From positions 192,001 to 256,000 of the forward strand of contig CAXFSR010000017.1 in assembly GCA_964005815.1 (NCBI GenBank): a stretch of DNA of 64,000 bases, given 5' to 3'. The notes under the pieces were generated by a model. That model was given only the letters and a program-made list of their open reading frames with translations, did not search any database and was not told the DNA's origin. A program made the position numbers and the translations under genes. Position 1 is the first letter of the stretch; each line of letters starts with the position of its first letter. This document shows positions 30,542 to 41,446 of this stretch, in pieces. Source of the stretch: an uncultured Nitrospinaceae bacterium. Its GTDB lineage: Bacteria; UBA8248.

Positions 30542-31584
30542 ATTACAACAAGACCTTACTTTTCTTTGGTACAGTTGCAATAGTTTTCTTCTTAGTAATT
30601 ATATATGCAAATAATATTTTCTATTCTCCATCGAATGTCACAAACAAAGAATTAGTTTTAATTGAAATAAAAAAAGGAATGGGATTATCCGACATTTCTT
30701 TACTCCTATCAAAAAAAGGAATTATTAATCATCCCTACCTATTTAACACTCAAATTATATTAAGAGGCAGTTCTTCGCATCTAAAAGTTGGGATATACGA
30801 ACTAAGCCCATCAATGACACAAAATAGAGTTTACCGAACACTCTTAGCAGGAAATGTAGCTACAAGGACTATCACTATTCCTGAAGGGTTTACAGTAAAA
30901 ATGATTGGAGAAAAACTTGAAAAGAATGGAATAACTAACAAAAAAGACATCATTAGACTAAGCGGCGAAAAGGAGTTCATCTTATCCCTAGGTCTTAAAA
31001 CACATTCATTAGAAGGATATCTTTTTCCTGATACCTATATTTTAAGAGTGAAAATGCATCCTGAACTTGTCTTAAAAAAAATGATACAAAATTTCAGAAA
31101 AAAAATGACATCAGAAATAAGGTTGAAGATACAAAAACAAAAAAAGACTTTACATGAAGTACTCACACTTGCTTCTATTGTCGAGAAAGAAACTTCAGTT
31201 CCCAAAGAAAGATTCCTAATAGCTTCAGTTTTTTTAAATAGATTAAAAAAAAACATGCGACTTCAAAGCGACCCGACTGTGATTTACTCTCTACCTTTTT
31301 TAAAAAGAAAACTATCAAAAAAAGACCTAAGCTATAACTCTCCCTACAACACTTATATACGTAGGGGACTACCGCCAGGACCAATTGCAAACCCTGGGAT
31401 AGAATCTATACTTGCTGTCTTAAATCCCTCGAAAAAAACTTTTCTTTATTTTGTTGCAAAAGGAGATAGTAGTCATTTTTTTTCAAAAACCTACAAAGAA
31501 CATAGAAGAAACATTCGTTTTATCAAAAAACAACGGCTCAGAAAGGTTGACCTGAATTATGGCACAGTGTCATCATCTAAATAA
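30538..31584 (+). CDS. mltG: Endolytic transglycosylase MltG
   Basis: TIPEG, LEGYLFPDTY, ASIVEKET, LQSDPT, YNTY..GLPPGPIANPG. Confidence 0.95.
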   Translation: MNYNKTLLFFGTVAIVFFLVIIYANNIFYSPSNVTNKELVLIEIKKGMGLSDISLLLSKKGIINHPYLFNTQIILRGSSSHLKVGIYELSPSMTQNRVYRTLLAGNVATRTITIPEGFTVKMIGEKLEKNGITNKKDIIRLSGEKEFILSLGLKTHSLEGYLFPDTYILRVKMHPELVLKKMIQNFRKKMTSEIRLKIQKQKKTLHEVLTLASIVEKETSVPKERFLIASVFLNRLKKNMRLQSDPTVIYSLPFLKRKLSKKDLSYNSPYNTYIRRGLPPGPIANPGIESILAVLNPSKKTFLYFVAKGDSSHFFSKTYKEHRRNIRFIKKQRLRKVDLNYGTVSSSK

Positions 31585-31634
31585 TTTTGACTTAGTTTTA
31601 CTTATTTCTTTTTTTTAAATCGCAAATAATTTTT

Positions 31635-34274
31635 TTGCAAATGGAGAGAGTTTTGTTGGAAACAAGATACAATCCAAAAGAAACAGAAGCAAAATGGTAT
31701 GAGTATTGGCAAAAAAATGGATGCTTCAAGGGAAAACCTGATAATCAAAAGAAGATGTTTTCTCTAGTGATTCCACCACCAAATGTAACCGGTTCTCTTC
31801 ATATGGGACATGCACTTAATAATACACTGCAGGACATTTTAGCAAGATGGCATAGAATGAAAGATTATTCTGTATGCTGGATGCCAGGTACTGACCATGC
31901 AGGAATTGCAACTCAAAATGTTGTCGAGAGAATGCTATCTTCAGAAAATAAGTCGAGAGAAGAATTAGGAAGGAAAAAATTTATAGAAGAAGTCTGGAAA
32001 TGGAAAGAAGAAAGTGGTGGAACAATCATCAATCAGTTACACAGACTTGGCGCTTCTTGCGATTGGGACAGAGAACGTTTCACAATGGACGAAGGACTAT
32101 CTCTTGCCGTTAGAGAAGCATTTGTTCGTTTATACGAAGACGACCTTATCTACAGAGGAGACTATTTAGTTAATTGGTGCCCGCGCTGTGGTACTGCTGT
32201 ATCAGACCTAGAAGTTGAGTTTGAAGAACAAAAAGGAAACCTATGGGATATCTTTTATCCTTTTGATAATCACGAATCAGGATTAATAGTTTCAACAACA
32301 AGACCAGAAACTATGTTGGGTGATACAGCACTAGCAGTTCATCCTGAAGATGAAAGATATAGGAAGTTCATAGGCAGGAAACTACGACTCCCCTTAGTAG
32401 GAAGAAAAATCCCTCTTATAGCCGATAATTTTGTAGACCCTGATTTTGGTTCTGGTGTAGTAAAAATCACACCTGCTCATGATCCTAATGATTACGAAGC
32501 AGGTAAAAGAAATCAATTACCCCAAATAAATATTCTCACAGAAGATGGAAAAATCAACGAAAATGGAGGGAAATATTATGGCCTTGATCGATTTGAAGCA
32601 AGAGAAAGAATTATTTCAGATTTAAAAGGCTTATCTTTTTTAAAACAAGTAAGAGAACACGAACACAATGTCGGAGTTTGTTATCGTTGTTCTACGATAA
32701 TAGAACCTTTTTTATCAAAACAGTGGTTTGTAAGAACCAAGCCCTTAGCAGAAGAAGCTATAAAAGCTGTCGAAAATAGTAAAATACGTATAATTCCTAA
32801 ACAATGGGAAAATACATACTTTGAATGGATGTATAATATAAAGGATTGGTGTATAAGCAGACAAATTTGGTGGGGTCATCAAATTCCGGCATGGTACCAC
32901 ATTGAAACTGGAGAAGTCATAGTTTCAAGAGAAGATATTCAGGATAAAAATTATCGTCGTGAAACAGACGTTCTTGACACCTGGTTTAGTTCAGCACTAT
33001 GGCCGTTCTCCACATTTGGATGGCCACAAAAGAACTCAGACTTAGATTATTTTTATCCAACCTCCACTCTTGTTACTGGATTTGATATTATATTTTTTTG
33101 GGTTGCAAGAATGATTATGGCAGGCCTGAAATTTATGGATGATATCCCTTTTCAGGACGTGTATATACACGCTCTTGTTAGAGACGAACACGGTCAAAAG
33201 ATGAGTAAAACAAGGGGCAATGTAATTGACCCCATAGAGATTATTGACGAATCTGGTGCAGATTCACTAAGGTTTACTTTAACTGCTATGGCTGCACAAG
33301 GTAGAGATGTACGTCTTTCAGAAGAAAGAATTGCAGGCTACAGGAATTTCTGCAATAAAATTTGGAATGCAGCACGTTTCATTCTTTTAAACGTAAACAA
33401 AGATGTCAAGAATATTTCGGAAACATCTACCCTTACACTAGGTGATAAATGGATTCTGAGCAGAATCAATACCGTTTCAAGAGAAGTCGAAAAATCTCTT
33501 AAAGAATATAGATTTAATGATTATGCGTCTACACTCTACCAATTCACCTGGCATGAATTTTGTGATTGGTATATCGAAGTAGTGAAGCCAAATATAATAA
33601 ACGACAAAAAACATTCAAAAAGCAAAGATGTACTTGTAATCGTCTTAAGTAAAATCCTCAGATTATTACATCCAATTATGCCATTTATCACCGAAGAGAT
33701 ATGGGAAAAACTTCCTATTAAGGGCAAACATAATTCAATAATGAATGCAGAATGGCCTAGTTTTAACTCTGATTATGAAAACTTAGATTCTGAAGAAGAG
33801 TTTTCAATAATTATAGATATTGTGAGTACCATTAGGAACTTACGAGGGGAACTTAATATATCTCCTGGAAAAGATATACCATGCATCTTAAAACTTTCAA
33901 ACAAAGAACATGAATCGCTGATTCTGAGAGAGCAAGAAACAATCAAGAGATTGGCAAAAATAGGTCCAGAATGGTCAATTGGACCCGATGTTCAATACCC
34001 CAAACTTTCTTCTTCAGCTGTAATCAGAAATATACAAATTTTCATTCCATTGGAAGGATTAATTGATTTAGAAAGTGAAACAAACCGCTTAAAAAAACAA
34101 CTCACAGATACAGATAAAACTATATCTTCTTTAAAGAAGAAACTTTCTAATAACGAATTTATAAGAAAAGCACCCGAAGAAGTAATTAAAAAGAACGAAG
34201 AAAAGCTTAAAGAAGAACAAAACAAATACGAAAAACTTTCTACTAATCTAAAGAAACTCTCTACTCCTTCCTAA
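31635..34274 (+). CDS. valS: Valine--tRNA ligase
   Basis: PPPNVTGSLHMGH, DWCISRQ, KMSKT, C-terminal coiled coil; true start may be a few codons downstream. Confidence 0.98.
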   Translation: MQMERVLLETRYNPKETEAKWYEYWQKNGCFKGKPDNQKKMFSLVIPPPNVTGSLHMGHALNNTLQDILARWHRMKDYSVCWMPGTDHAGIATQNVVERMLSSENKSREELGRKKFIEEVWKWKEESGGTIINQLHRLGASCDWDRERFTMDEGLSLAVREAFVRLYEDDLIYRGDYLVNWCPRCGTAVSDLEVEFEEQKGNLWDIFYPFDNHESGLIVSTTRPETMLGDTALAVHPEDERYRKFIGRKLRLPLVGRKIPLIADNFVDPDFGSGVVKITPAHDPNDYEAGKRNQLPQINILTEDGKINENGGKYYGLDRFEARERIISDLKGLSFLKQVREHEHNVGVCYRCSTIIEPFLSKQWFVRTKPLAEEAIKAVENSKIRIIPKQWENTYFEWMYNIKDWCISRQIWWGHQIPAWYHIETGEVIVSREDIQDKNYRRETDVLDTWFSSALWPFSTFGWPQKNSDLDYFYPTSTLVTGFDIIFFWVARMIMAGLKFMDDIPFQDVYIHALVRDEHGQKMSKTRGNVIDPIEIIDESGADSLRFTLTAMAAQGRDVRLSEERIAGYRNFCNKIWNAARFILLNVNKDVKNISETSTLTLGDKWILSRINTVSREVEKSLKEYRFNDYASTLYQFTWHEFCDWYIEVVKPNIINDKKHSKSKDVLVIVLSKILRLLHPIMPFITEEIWEKLPIKGKHNSIMNAEWPSFNSDYENLDSEEEFSIIIDIVSTIRNLRGELNISPGKDIPCILKLSNKEHESLILREQETIKRLAKIGPEWSIGPDVQYPKLSSSAVIRNIQIFIPLEGLIDLESETNRLKKQLTDTDKTISSLKKKLSNNEFIRKAPEEVIKKNEEKLKEEQNKYEKLSTNLKKLSTPS

Positions 34275-34280
34275 GTCAAA

Positions 34281-35042
34281 ATGAAGACACCTAAAAAAGA
34301 ACTTGTTTGGAATATTCAAGAATTTGATGAAGTAGATTCTACGAATGATCTTCTTCTTGATAGTTCACGAAAAGGGGCAAAACAGGGAATGGTTATTTAT
34401 GCTAATTCTCAAAAAAAAGGGAGAGGAAGATTTGGAAGAACATGGTATTCACCAAAAGGAGATGGTCTTTATTTTTCATATCTTTTAAAACCAAAACTTA
34501 CAAAAGAAAAACTTCATCTTCTAAGTTTAGTTTTCGGTTTGGGTGTCGCAGAAGGGCTAAATGAATTTTCGAATATGAGAAACAAAACTCTTGCACTGGG
34601 TTTAAAATGGCCAAACGATATTCGTATTTTCAAGAAGAAAGTAGGTGGAATTCTCTGTGAAATTGAAATTGACAAAGAAAACAATCCTTCTGTAATAGTA
34701 GGAATTGGGATAAATACAAATATGATTGTTAACAGGGGCCCCGAGAATCTTCAAAATATTACAACTTCATTAAAAAATGAAGGACTAGGAATGATAGAAA
34801 ATAAAAAATTACTATACGTACTACTTGAAAAACAGAAAGAACTATACAATGAATTTATAAATTTTGGATTTGAAAACATTCTGGTCAGATGGATGTCATT
34901 TTGTGATTCATTAGGAGAAGAAGTTTTTGTGAAAGATCGAAAAATAAAAGGAAAAATCATAAAAATCAATTCAAAGGGACACTTAATAGTCAAAAGTGAT
35001 GGTGGTGAAATGTTAGAAATCTTTTCGAGTGAGATCATATAA
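34281..35042 (+). CDS. birA: Biotin--protein ligase (no HTH)
   Basis: DSTND, GRGRFGRTW, KWPND, KVGGIL. Confidence 0.93.
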   Translation: MKTPKKELVWNIQEFDEVDSTNDLLLDSSRKGAKQGMVIYANSQKKGRGRFGRTWYSPKGDGLYFSYLLKPKLTKEKLHLLSLVFGLGVAEGLNEFSNMRNKTLALGLKWPNDIRIFKKKVGGILCEIEIDKENNPSVIVGIGINTNMIVNRGPENLQNITTSLKNEGLGMIENKKLLYVLLEKQKELYNEFINFGFENILVRWMSFCDSLGEEVFVKDRKIKGKIIKINSKGHLIVKSDGGEMLEIFSSEII

Positions 35043-35044
35043 AG

Positions 35045-35821
35045 ATGACGAGTTCAAATTTACTTATGGCAATAGATGTTGGTAATACCCAGACACAAAT
35101 AGGTCTTTTCGATGAAGAAGTTTTATTAGAAAACTGGGCAATCAGTTCTTCTGTATACAGAACTACTGACGAACTTGGAATTCTAATTCAAGAATTGTTT
35201 CAAAGTAAAAAAATAGATATTAAAATTGTCAATAAAATTATTATTTCTAGTGTCGTTCCTCAATTAGTATCAATTCTAGAAGATATGACTCAAAAATATT
35301 TTAAAACTAAGCCACTATTCGTTAGACCAGGTATTAAAACTGGGATCACGATTAAATACGACAATCCAGCCGAAGTTGGAGCAGACAGAATAGTAAATGC
35401 AGTTGCAGGATTCCATCTTTATAAGGGTCCTTTAATTATTATAGATTATGGGACCGCTACAACTTTTGATGCAATTTCAGATAAAGGCGAGTATTTAGGA
35501 GGAGCAATCGCTCCAGGTTTTGGTATAACTTTGGAAGCGCTTACAGAAAGAACAGCAAAACTCCCGAGGGTAGAACCAAAAATGCCACAAAATGTAATTG
35601 GCAAAAATACAACAAACAGTATTCAAGCAGGGATGTTTTTTGGCTACCGTGGTTTAGTGAAAGAGATTTTGGAAAAAATGAAAAAGGAACTTGGACCTCA
35701 AACAAAGATAGTTGCTACAGGTGGATTTAGTTCGATTTTTTCTGAGGAAGAAAATTTTTACGATGAAAAGAACACAAATCTAACTCTTATTGGCCTTAGA
35801 CTTATCGCAGATTTAAACTAA
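35045..35821 (+). CDS. coaX: Type III pantothenate kinase
   Basis: IDVGNT, SSVVP, GADR, DYGTATTFD, ATGG. Confidence 0.95.
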   Translation: MTSSNLLMAIDVGNTQTQIGLFDEEVLLENWAISSSVYRTTDELGILIQELFQSKKIDIKIVNKIIISSVVPQLVSILEDMTQKYFKTKPLFVRPGIKTGITIKYDNPAEVGADRIVNAVAGFHLYKGPLIIIDYGTATTFDAISDKGEYLGGAIAPGFGITLEALTERTAKLPRVEPKMPQNVIGKNTTNSIQAGMFFGYRGLVKEILEKMKKELGPQTKIVATGGFSSIFSEEENFYDEKNTNLTLIGLRLIADLN

Positions 35822-35835
35822 TCCAATTAGATTCT

Positions 35836-36420
35836 TCAATTAACTCCGTTAAATGTGCGTCTATGTATTTTAGTTGCTCCTAGGTTCCGGATACATTCAA
35901 GATGTTCTTTAGTAGGATAGCCTTTATGCTTTTCAAAACCATATCCAGGATAATGTGAATTCATCCTAACCATAATTCTATCTCTACAAACTTTGGCTAC
36001 TATACTCGCAGCAGCAATACTTGCGCAGAGTGAGTCACCTTTTACTATAGTTTCTTGAGGAATTATGGAATCTATCATTCTGTTTCCGTCAATCAAAAGA
36101 AAATCAGGTTGAAGCATTAAACGAGAAACAGAAACTCTCATTGCCTCTAATGAAGCATTTAGAATATTTATACGTTCAATTTGCCGCGGTCCTATGGATG
36201 CAACTGAAACAGAAACAGATTTATTTAGTATCTCATACACAAGTTCATCTCTTTTTTTTGGTGTTATTTTCTTGCTATCTTGAATACCGTCAATAGGGCG
36301 CAAAGGATCTAAAATGACAGCTGCAGCTACAACAGGACCTGCCAGCGGACCTCTGCCAACTTCATCTATTCCAGCTATAAGGTTGAATTCTTTACCTAAT
36401 TTTTTCTCGTAAGAATACAT
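35836..36420 (-). CDS. rnhB: Ribonuclease HII
   Basis: GIDEVGRGPLAGPV, DSKK, IDGN, AAASIVAKV, KGYPT. Confidence 0.96.
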   Translation of the reverse strand: MYSYEKKLGKEFNLIAGIDEVGRGPLAGPVVAAAVILDPLRPIDGIQDSKKITPKKRDELVYEILNKSVSVSVASIGPRQIERINILNASLEAMRVSVSRLMLQPDFLLIDGNRMIDSIIPQETIVKGDSLCASIAAASIVAKVCRDRIMVRMNSHYPGYGFEKHKGYPTKEHLECIRNLGATKIHRRTFNGVN

Positions 36421-36548
36421 AAAACTCCATGTATAAGTTCTCATACAATACTAACAAATTTCTCATATAAATCAGATCGTAAACTTGAAAACGTAAACAA
36501 TACAATCTATGGTTTATTCACGAAAATAACTAAAACAAAAGGTGAAAG

Positions 36549-37538
36549 ATGATGCCCAAAAAAATTGAGGTTATAGAACACTTTGTCCCATCAAACGATC
36601 CCGATATTTTTCTTCATCTACGAGAAAAAAAGCCCAAGGGAATGAAAAAAAAAGATTCTGACACAACTCTTCTGATGGTCCATGGACAAAGTGTTCCCGG
36701 TCCGATTGCTTTTGATTTTTCACTCCCAGGTTATTCTTGGATGGATTTTGCTGCAAACAGAGGAATGAATGTTTTCTCTTTATCTGTTAGAGGTTACGGA
36801 TTATCAACGAGAATTCCTGAATTAAAGGAATCACCAAATAATAAGTCACCTATAGTCAGGGGTATGACTGCAGTAAAGGATATAGATGCTGCTGTGAATT
36901 ATATATGCAAAAAAAACAAAATTAAAAAATTGCTACTCTTAGGATACTCATGGGGAACAACAACAACTGCCGCATATACTTCTCTTAATCCAAAAAAAAT
37001 AAAACGTCTGGCACTTTATGCACCCTTTTATGCATATGATGACCCAAAAAGAGCTGCAGAAAGTGAAGACCCTAAAAAACCAGGCAGATGGAATCCAAAA
37101 ATTGGTTCTTGGAGGTGGGTAACAGAATCTGAACAACGAGAACGTTGGGATGGTAGTATTCCGATAGGAAAACATAAAAAATGGAGATCGGAAAAAGCAA
37201 TTAAACAATTTTGGCTACAACAGCTAAAATTTGATAATGAAGGACAAAAAAGAACCACTCCAGGTGTTAGAATTCCGAACGGACCTATGGCAGATCGTTA
37301 TGACAGAGCAAGGAATATTCCTTTATATGACGCTCAAAAGATCAAGTGTCCTGTTCTTTTAATAAAAGGTGACCATGATAGAAGTTCTCTTGATCCTGAG
37401 TTTTTTGGTTTATATAAGGCACTGAGAAATAGTGAAGGAAAAAGAATGATAATTTTTGGTGATGCAACACATTTTGCTCAATATGAGTGGTGCAGAAAGG
37501 AATTTATGGGTGAGGTACAAAGCTTCCTTGAAGGATAA
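36549..37538 (+). CDS. Alpha/beta fold hydrolase
   Basis: VHGQ, RGYGLS, GYSWG nucleophile elbow, late Asp (DHD) and His (ATHF). Confidence 0.85.
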   Translation: MMPKKIEVIEHFVPSNDPDIFLHLREKKPKGMKKKDSDTTLLMVHGQSVPGPIAFDFSLPGYSWMDFAANRGMNVFSLSVRGYGLSTRIPELKESPNNKSPIVRGMTAVKDIDAAVNYICKKNKIKKLLLLGYSWGTTTTAAYTSLNPKKIKRLALYAPFYAYDDPKRAAESEDPKKPGRWNPKIGSWRWVTESEQRERWDGSIPIGKHKKWRSEKAIKQFWLQQLKFDNEGQKRTTPGVRIPNGPMADRYDRARNIPLYDAQKIKCPVLLIKGDHDRSSLDPEFFGLYKALRNSEGKRMIIFGDATHFAQYEWCRKEFMGEVQSFLEG

Positions 37539-37540
37539 AA

Positions 37541-37888
37541 TTACACTCTTCTTTTTTCTCTTATTTGAGCAGCCTTCCCTTTTCTATCTCTCAAATAATA
37601 TAGTTTAGCGCGTCTTACTCTACCTTTCTTCACTATTTCAATCTGATCTAACCTTGGAGAATGCAAGGGAAATATTCTTTCTACTCCTACTCCATAAGAA
37701 ACCTTACGAACACGGAATGTTTCTCGAAGACCACCGCCACTTAGGCCAATAACAATTCCCTCGAAAACCTGTATTCTTTCCTTGTCACCTTCTACAATTT
37801 TGACATGAACACGTACTGTGTCTCCAGACTGAACTCTGGGAACATCTTTACGCATACCCTGTTTTTCTAAAGCATCTATAAGATTCAA
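37541..37888 (-). CDS. rplS: 50S ribosomal protein L19
   Basis: [26 protein letters not shown]. Confidence 0.98.
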   Translation of the reverse strand: MNLIDALEKQGMRKDVPRVQSGDTVRVHVKIVEGDKERIQVFEGIVIGLSGGGLRETFRVRKVSYGVGVERIFPLHSPRLDQIEIVKKGRVRRAKLYYLRDRKGKAAQIREKRRV

Positions 37889-37935
37889 GTAAAATCTCCA
37901 AAAAAAGACTCTTATACATAGATTTGAATACTAAA

Positions 37936-38502
37936 TCAATTCCTACCTAAAACTTTATCTAAAATTATTCCAGAAGCAGAGCGTACTGAAAGATGATTAT
38001 ATTTCAAATCTTTTGCACTCCTTAGTGGTAACAGGACAAAATCAGAGTTGTCAACAATTTCTTTAGACAAACCCCAACTAGTTCCAAAAAGCAACAAAAA
38101 TGGACCCGGTTCCTTTGTAACTTTGTCTCGTAAAAATTCGTAACTTATTTGAGTCGGATCATCTTTTGCCGTGGTTGCGACTACAAACGGCTTCTTACTT
38201 TCTATCTCAGCAATTCTTTTTATAACTACTTCTAAAGATTTAAAAACTTCTACCAACTGGAGAGTCTCTGCTCTATCAGGATTGAACTTTTTTCCTTCTC
38301 CTATAACAAAATGGTTTACAACCCTCTCAACAAATTTCCTTTGTATTTCCGAAGGATGAACGATAAAATATTTAGAAACTCCATAAGTTCGAGCAGAACG
38401 AGAAATATCATGAATATCTAAGCTAGTAATTGAAGATGTAGCTTCATTCCCTAGATTATCCAAAACAGGATAATGAACTAATGCAATATATAAATTACCC
38501 AG
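37936..38502 (-). CDS. TrmD-associated SPOUT RNA methyltransferase (apparent CTG start)
   Basis: Frame extends beyond the tracked TTG to (M)GNLYIALVHYPV; TSLDIHDISR, FGTSWGL, YNHLSVRSA. Confidence 0.85.
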   Translation of the reverse strand: MGNLYIALVHYPVLDNLGNEATSSITSLDIHDISRSARTYGVSKYFIVHPSEIQRKFVERVVNHFVIGEGKKFNPDRAETLQLVEVFKSLEVVIKRIAEIESKKPFVVATTAKDDPTQISYEFLRDKVTKEPGPFLLLFGTSWGLSKEIVDNSDFVLLPLRSAKDLKYNHLSVRSASGIILDKVLGRN

Positions 38503-38528
38503 TTTTTTAACCTTTATAAATAAAAGAT

Positions 38529-39251
38529 CTATTTTGTCTCTATATCTTTATCTGATAGCTTATTTTCGTCAAACAAATCTTTTCTGCGAATTTTTGTTCT
38601 TACTAATGATTCATTCTTTCTCCACATCTGAATTTCATCATGATTACCTGACAAAAGAACATCAGGAACTTTCATCCCATTGTATTCTGCAGGACGTGTA
38701 TAATGAGGATAATCTAACAAACCATCTGAAAAACTTTCATCTTCTAAAGAATTTTTGTTTGACAAAACCCCTGAAACCAAACGAGATAAGACATCAATAA
38801 AAATCATCGAAGGAATTTCCCCACCAGATAGAACATAATCACCAACGGAAATCTCATCGTCAACACAAAACTCCCGAACACGCTCATCCACTCCTTCATA
38901 TCTTCCACAAATCAGTAAAAATCGTTCTTTTTTTATTAAATTTCTCGCAATTTTTTGATTCAAAGTTCTACCCTGGGGCGTCATTAAAACTTTCCACAAT
39001 TTTCCCTTAGAGTTTGTACTTGAAATTTTTTCGATAGCCTTAAAAATTGGCTCAATTTTCAAAACCATACCTGCTCCACCCCCAAAGGGTTCATCATCAA
39101 CTTTCTTATATGTCCCCTCAGAAAAATCTCTCAAATTCCAAACATTTAATTTAATCAATCCTTTTTCTATAGCTCTTCCAACTACACCTTGTTGAAAAAC
39201 TTTATCAAATGAATTTGGGAAAATAGTTAAAACATCGAAATGAATAGACAT
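38529..39251 (-). CDS. trmD: tRNA (guanine-N1)-methyltransferase
   Basis: VDDEPFGGGAGMV, CGRYEGVDER, SVGDYVLSGGE, YPHYTRP. Confidence 0.97.
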   Translation of the reverse strand: MSIHFDVLTIFPNSFDKVFQQGVVGRAIEKGLIKLNVWNLRDFSEGTYKKVDDEPFGGGAGMVLKIEPIFKAIEKISSTNSKGKLWKVLMTPQGRTLNQKIARNLIKKERFLLICGRYEGVDERVREFCVDDEISVGDYVLSGGEIPSMIFIDVLSRLVSGVLSNKNSLEDESFSDGLLDYPHYTRPAEYNGMKVPDVLLSGNHDEIQMWRKNESLVRTKIRRKDLFDENKLSDKDIETK

Positions 39252-39274
39252 ATGATTTTCACAGCCATAGAAAT

Positions 39275-39778
39275 TTAAGTAAGAGGTATTTTGATAATCC
39301 ACTTATTATCTTTAAAACCGAGGACAAATTGTTTTACTGCAGGAATTAAAATTTCTTCACCATCAAGATTTTTTAGTACTAGAACGTCATTGCCTCCACT
39401 ACCGATTAAATCTGTAAAATATCCTACTTCATTTCCTTCATCATCAAAAACTTTATAACCTTCAAAGTCTTCCCAATAAAAGACACCTTCATCCTTACCT
39501 TTAAGACATTTTCTCTCTACTGAGACTATCTTTCCAGAAACAAACTCAGCTCTTTCTAAGGAATCAATTCCGTCCAATTTCCAAATTTGAAATTTCTTCC
39601 CATGAGGCACAACCGAAAGAACCTTAAAAAACGAATCATCTAAATCCTTAAGGGAAACTTCTTCCACAAGAGAATAATCCTCAAAATAATCCAACCACGG
39701 CTTAAATTTGATCAAACCCTTGTAGCCATGAGGCTTTACTATAACCCCAACTTCTATTTTATCTTTCTTTTCGGTCAT
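39275..39778 (-). CDS. rimM: Ribosome maturation factor RimM
   Basis: VGVIVKPHGYKG, FYWEDFEG, GGNDVLV, ILIP. Confidence 0.9.
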   Translation of the reverse strand: MTEKKDKIEVGVIVKPHGYKGLIKFKPWLDYFEDYSLVEEVSLKDLDDSFFKVLSVVPHGKKFQIWKLDGIDSLERAEFVSGKIVSVERKCLKGKDEGVFYWEDFEGYKVFDDEGNEVGYFTDLIGSGGNDVLVLKNLDGEEILIPAVKQFVLGFKDNKWIIKIPLT

Positions 39779-39785
39779 TTAAGGC

Positions 39786-40031
39786 CTAAGAGTCAATACC
39801 TTTTTTCTTGAGTATACTTCTTACCGTCACTGTAGGTTTTGCACCTTTCCCTAACCAGTGCTTGGCTTTCTCTTCATCGATGTCTATCAATGGGGGATCT
39901 TGCATTGGATCGTAACGACCAATCCACTCTAGAAATCGACCATCCCTTGGCATACGTTCATCCTGAACAACTACTCTGTAGCGGGGATCCTTTTTTTTTC
40001 CGCGTCTTGCTAGTCTAATTTTAACAACCAA
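39786..40031 (-). CDS. rpsP: 30S ribosomal protein S16
   Basis: VKIRLARRG, PRDGRFLE, GAKPT. Confidence 0.97.
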   Translation of the reverse strand: MVVKIRLARRGKKKDPRYRVVVQDERMPRDGRFLEWIGRYDPMQDPPLIDIDEEKAKHWLGKGAKPTVTVRSILKKKGIDS

Positions 40032-40042
40032 ATGAAATCTCC

Positions 40043-41365
40043 TTAAGATTTAAACATCTTCTTAACAAACCCAAGTTTATCTTTATTCTTAGTTTTAGAA
40101 AACTTACCCATTATCTTTCTAGTCTGCATAAACTGTTTTAACAGGCGATTGACGTCTTGCACAAGTACTCCACTCCCATTTGCAATTCTTTTTCTTCTAC
40201 TACCCTTAATAATTTCAGGAAAAATTCTTTCTTTATGTGTCATAGAATCAATTATAGCAATATTCCTATAAATTTGTTTTTCGTCAAAATCTACATCCTT
40301 TATCTTTGAAGGAACACCCGGCAATGAAGAAAGCATATCATTTATGGATCCAACTTTTTTCATTTGTTTTAATTGTTCCTTCATAGTTTCTAGATTAAAA
40401 ACATCATCAGAAATCATCTCCATTTCTTCAATGGGTACTGATGCCTCTGCTTTTTCAATTAAGGAAAAAATATCTCCCATTCCTAAAATACGAGAAGCCA
40501 TTTTTTCTGGATCAAATTCCTCTATATCAGCAATTTTTTCTCCAACACCAACAAACCTTACAGGCAAATTTGTGACAGAGCGTATAGAAAGAACTGCTCC
40601 TCCTCTAGAATCTCCATCAAATTTCGTGAAAATCACTCCTGTTAGATCAATTCTATTAGAAAATGACTCTCCAAGTGAAACTGCATCCTGACCTGCCATA
40701 GAATCTACTACAAGGATAGATTCATCAGGCTTTGATATCTGATGTATTTCCTTTAATTCTGCCATTAAATCATCATCATCACTTAATCTTCCTGAACTAT
40801 CAATTATACAATAATCATAATGTCCCTTTTTTCCCTCTTCTAAAGCATTTTTCACAAGCGGAACAGGACTTTTAAAATCAATTGGATCAAAAAAATCAAC
40901 TTCTGCTTGTTGTGATAGAACCTTCAATTGTTTCACTGCAGCAGGTCTAGCAAGATCTGCAGGAACTAACAATACTCTCATGCCTTTATCTTTAAAACTT
41001 TTAGCAACCTTCCCAGCTGTAGTAGTCTTACCTGAACCTTGAAGTCCTACTAATAGTATAACAGTTGGCCCAAATTCAACTCTCTTAAATGGATTTGATT
41101 TCATCCCCATTAAATTTATCAATTCTTCTTTTACAGCCTTTATAACTTGCTGAGAGGGATCTAAATGAGCGGCTTTTTGAACACCGATTAATTTCTCTCT
41201 AACCTTCTCAATGAATTTTTTTGCTACATTAAAATTAACATCAGCTTCAAGAAAAGCCATACGGATTTCTCTCAAAACAACGTCAATGTTTTCCTCACTC
41301 AACAAACCCTTCTGTCGGAGATCTGAAAAAATACCTGTCAAACGACTAGTTAAAGACTCAAACAC
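40043..41365 (-). CDS. ffh: Signal recognition particle protein
   Basis: GLQGSGKTT, DSSGR, TKFDGDSRGG, RILGMGD, SRRKRIANGSG; GTG 41365 start. Confidence 0.97.
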   Translation of the reverse strand: MFESLTSRLTGIFSDLRQKGLLSEENIDVVLREIRMAFLEADVNFNVAKKFIEKVREKLIGVQKAAHLDPSQQVIKAVKEELINLMGMKSNPFKRVEFGPTVILLVGLQGSGKTTTAGKVAKSFKDKGMRVLLVPADLARPAAVKQLKVLSQQAEVDFFDPIDFKSPVPLVKNALEEGKKGHYDYCIIDSSGRLSDDDDLMAELKEIHQISKPDESILVVDSMAGQDAVSLGESFSNRIDLTGVIFTKFDGDSRGGAVLSIRSVTNLPVRFVGVGEKIADIEEFDPEKMASRILGMGDIFSLIEKAEASVPIEEMEMISDDVFNLETMKEQLKQMKKVGSINDMLSSLPGVPSKIKDVDFDEKQIYRNIAIIDSMTHKERIFPEIIKGSRRKRIANGSGVLVQDVNRLLKQFMQTRKIMGKFSKTKNKDKLGFVKKMFKS

Positions 41366-41446
41366 ATAACCCCCCAAAATCACAAAAAGTGTCTTATAGA
41401 GTAATAAGAAGTATTATGTCAATTACCAGAAAAGTAAAACCGTGAT

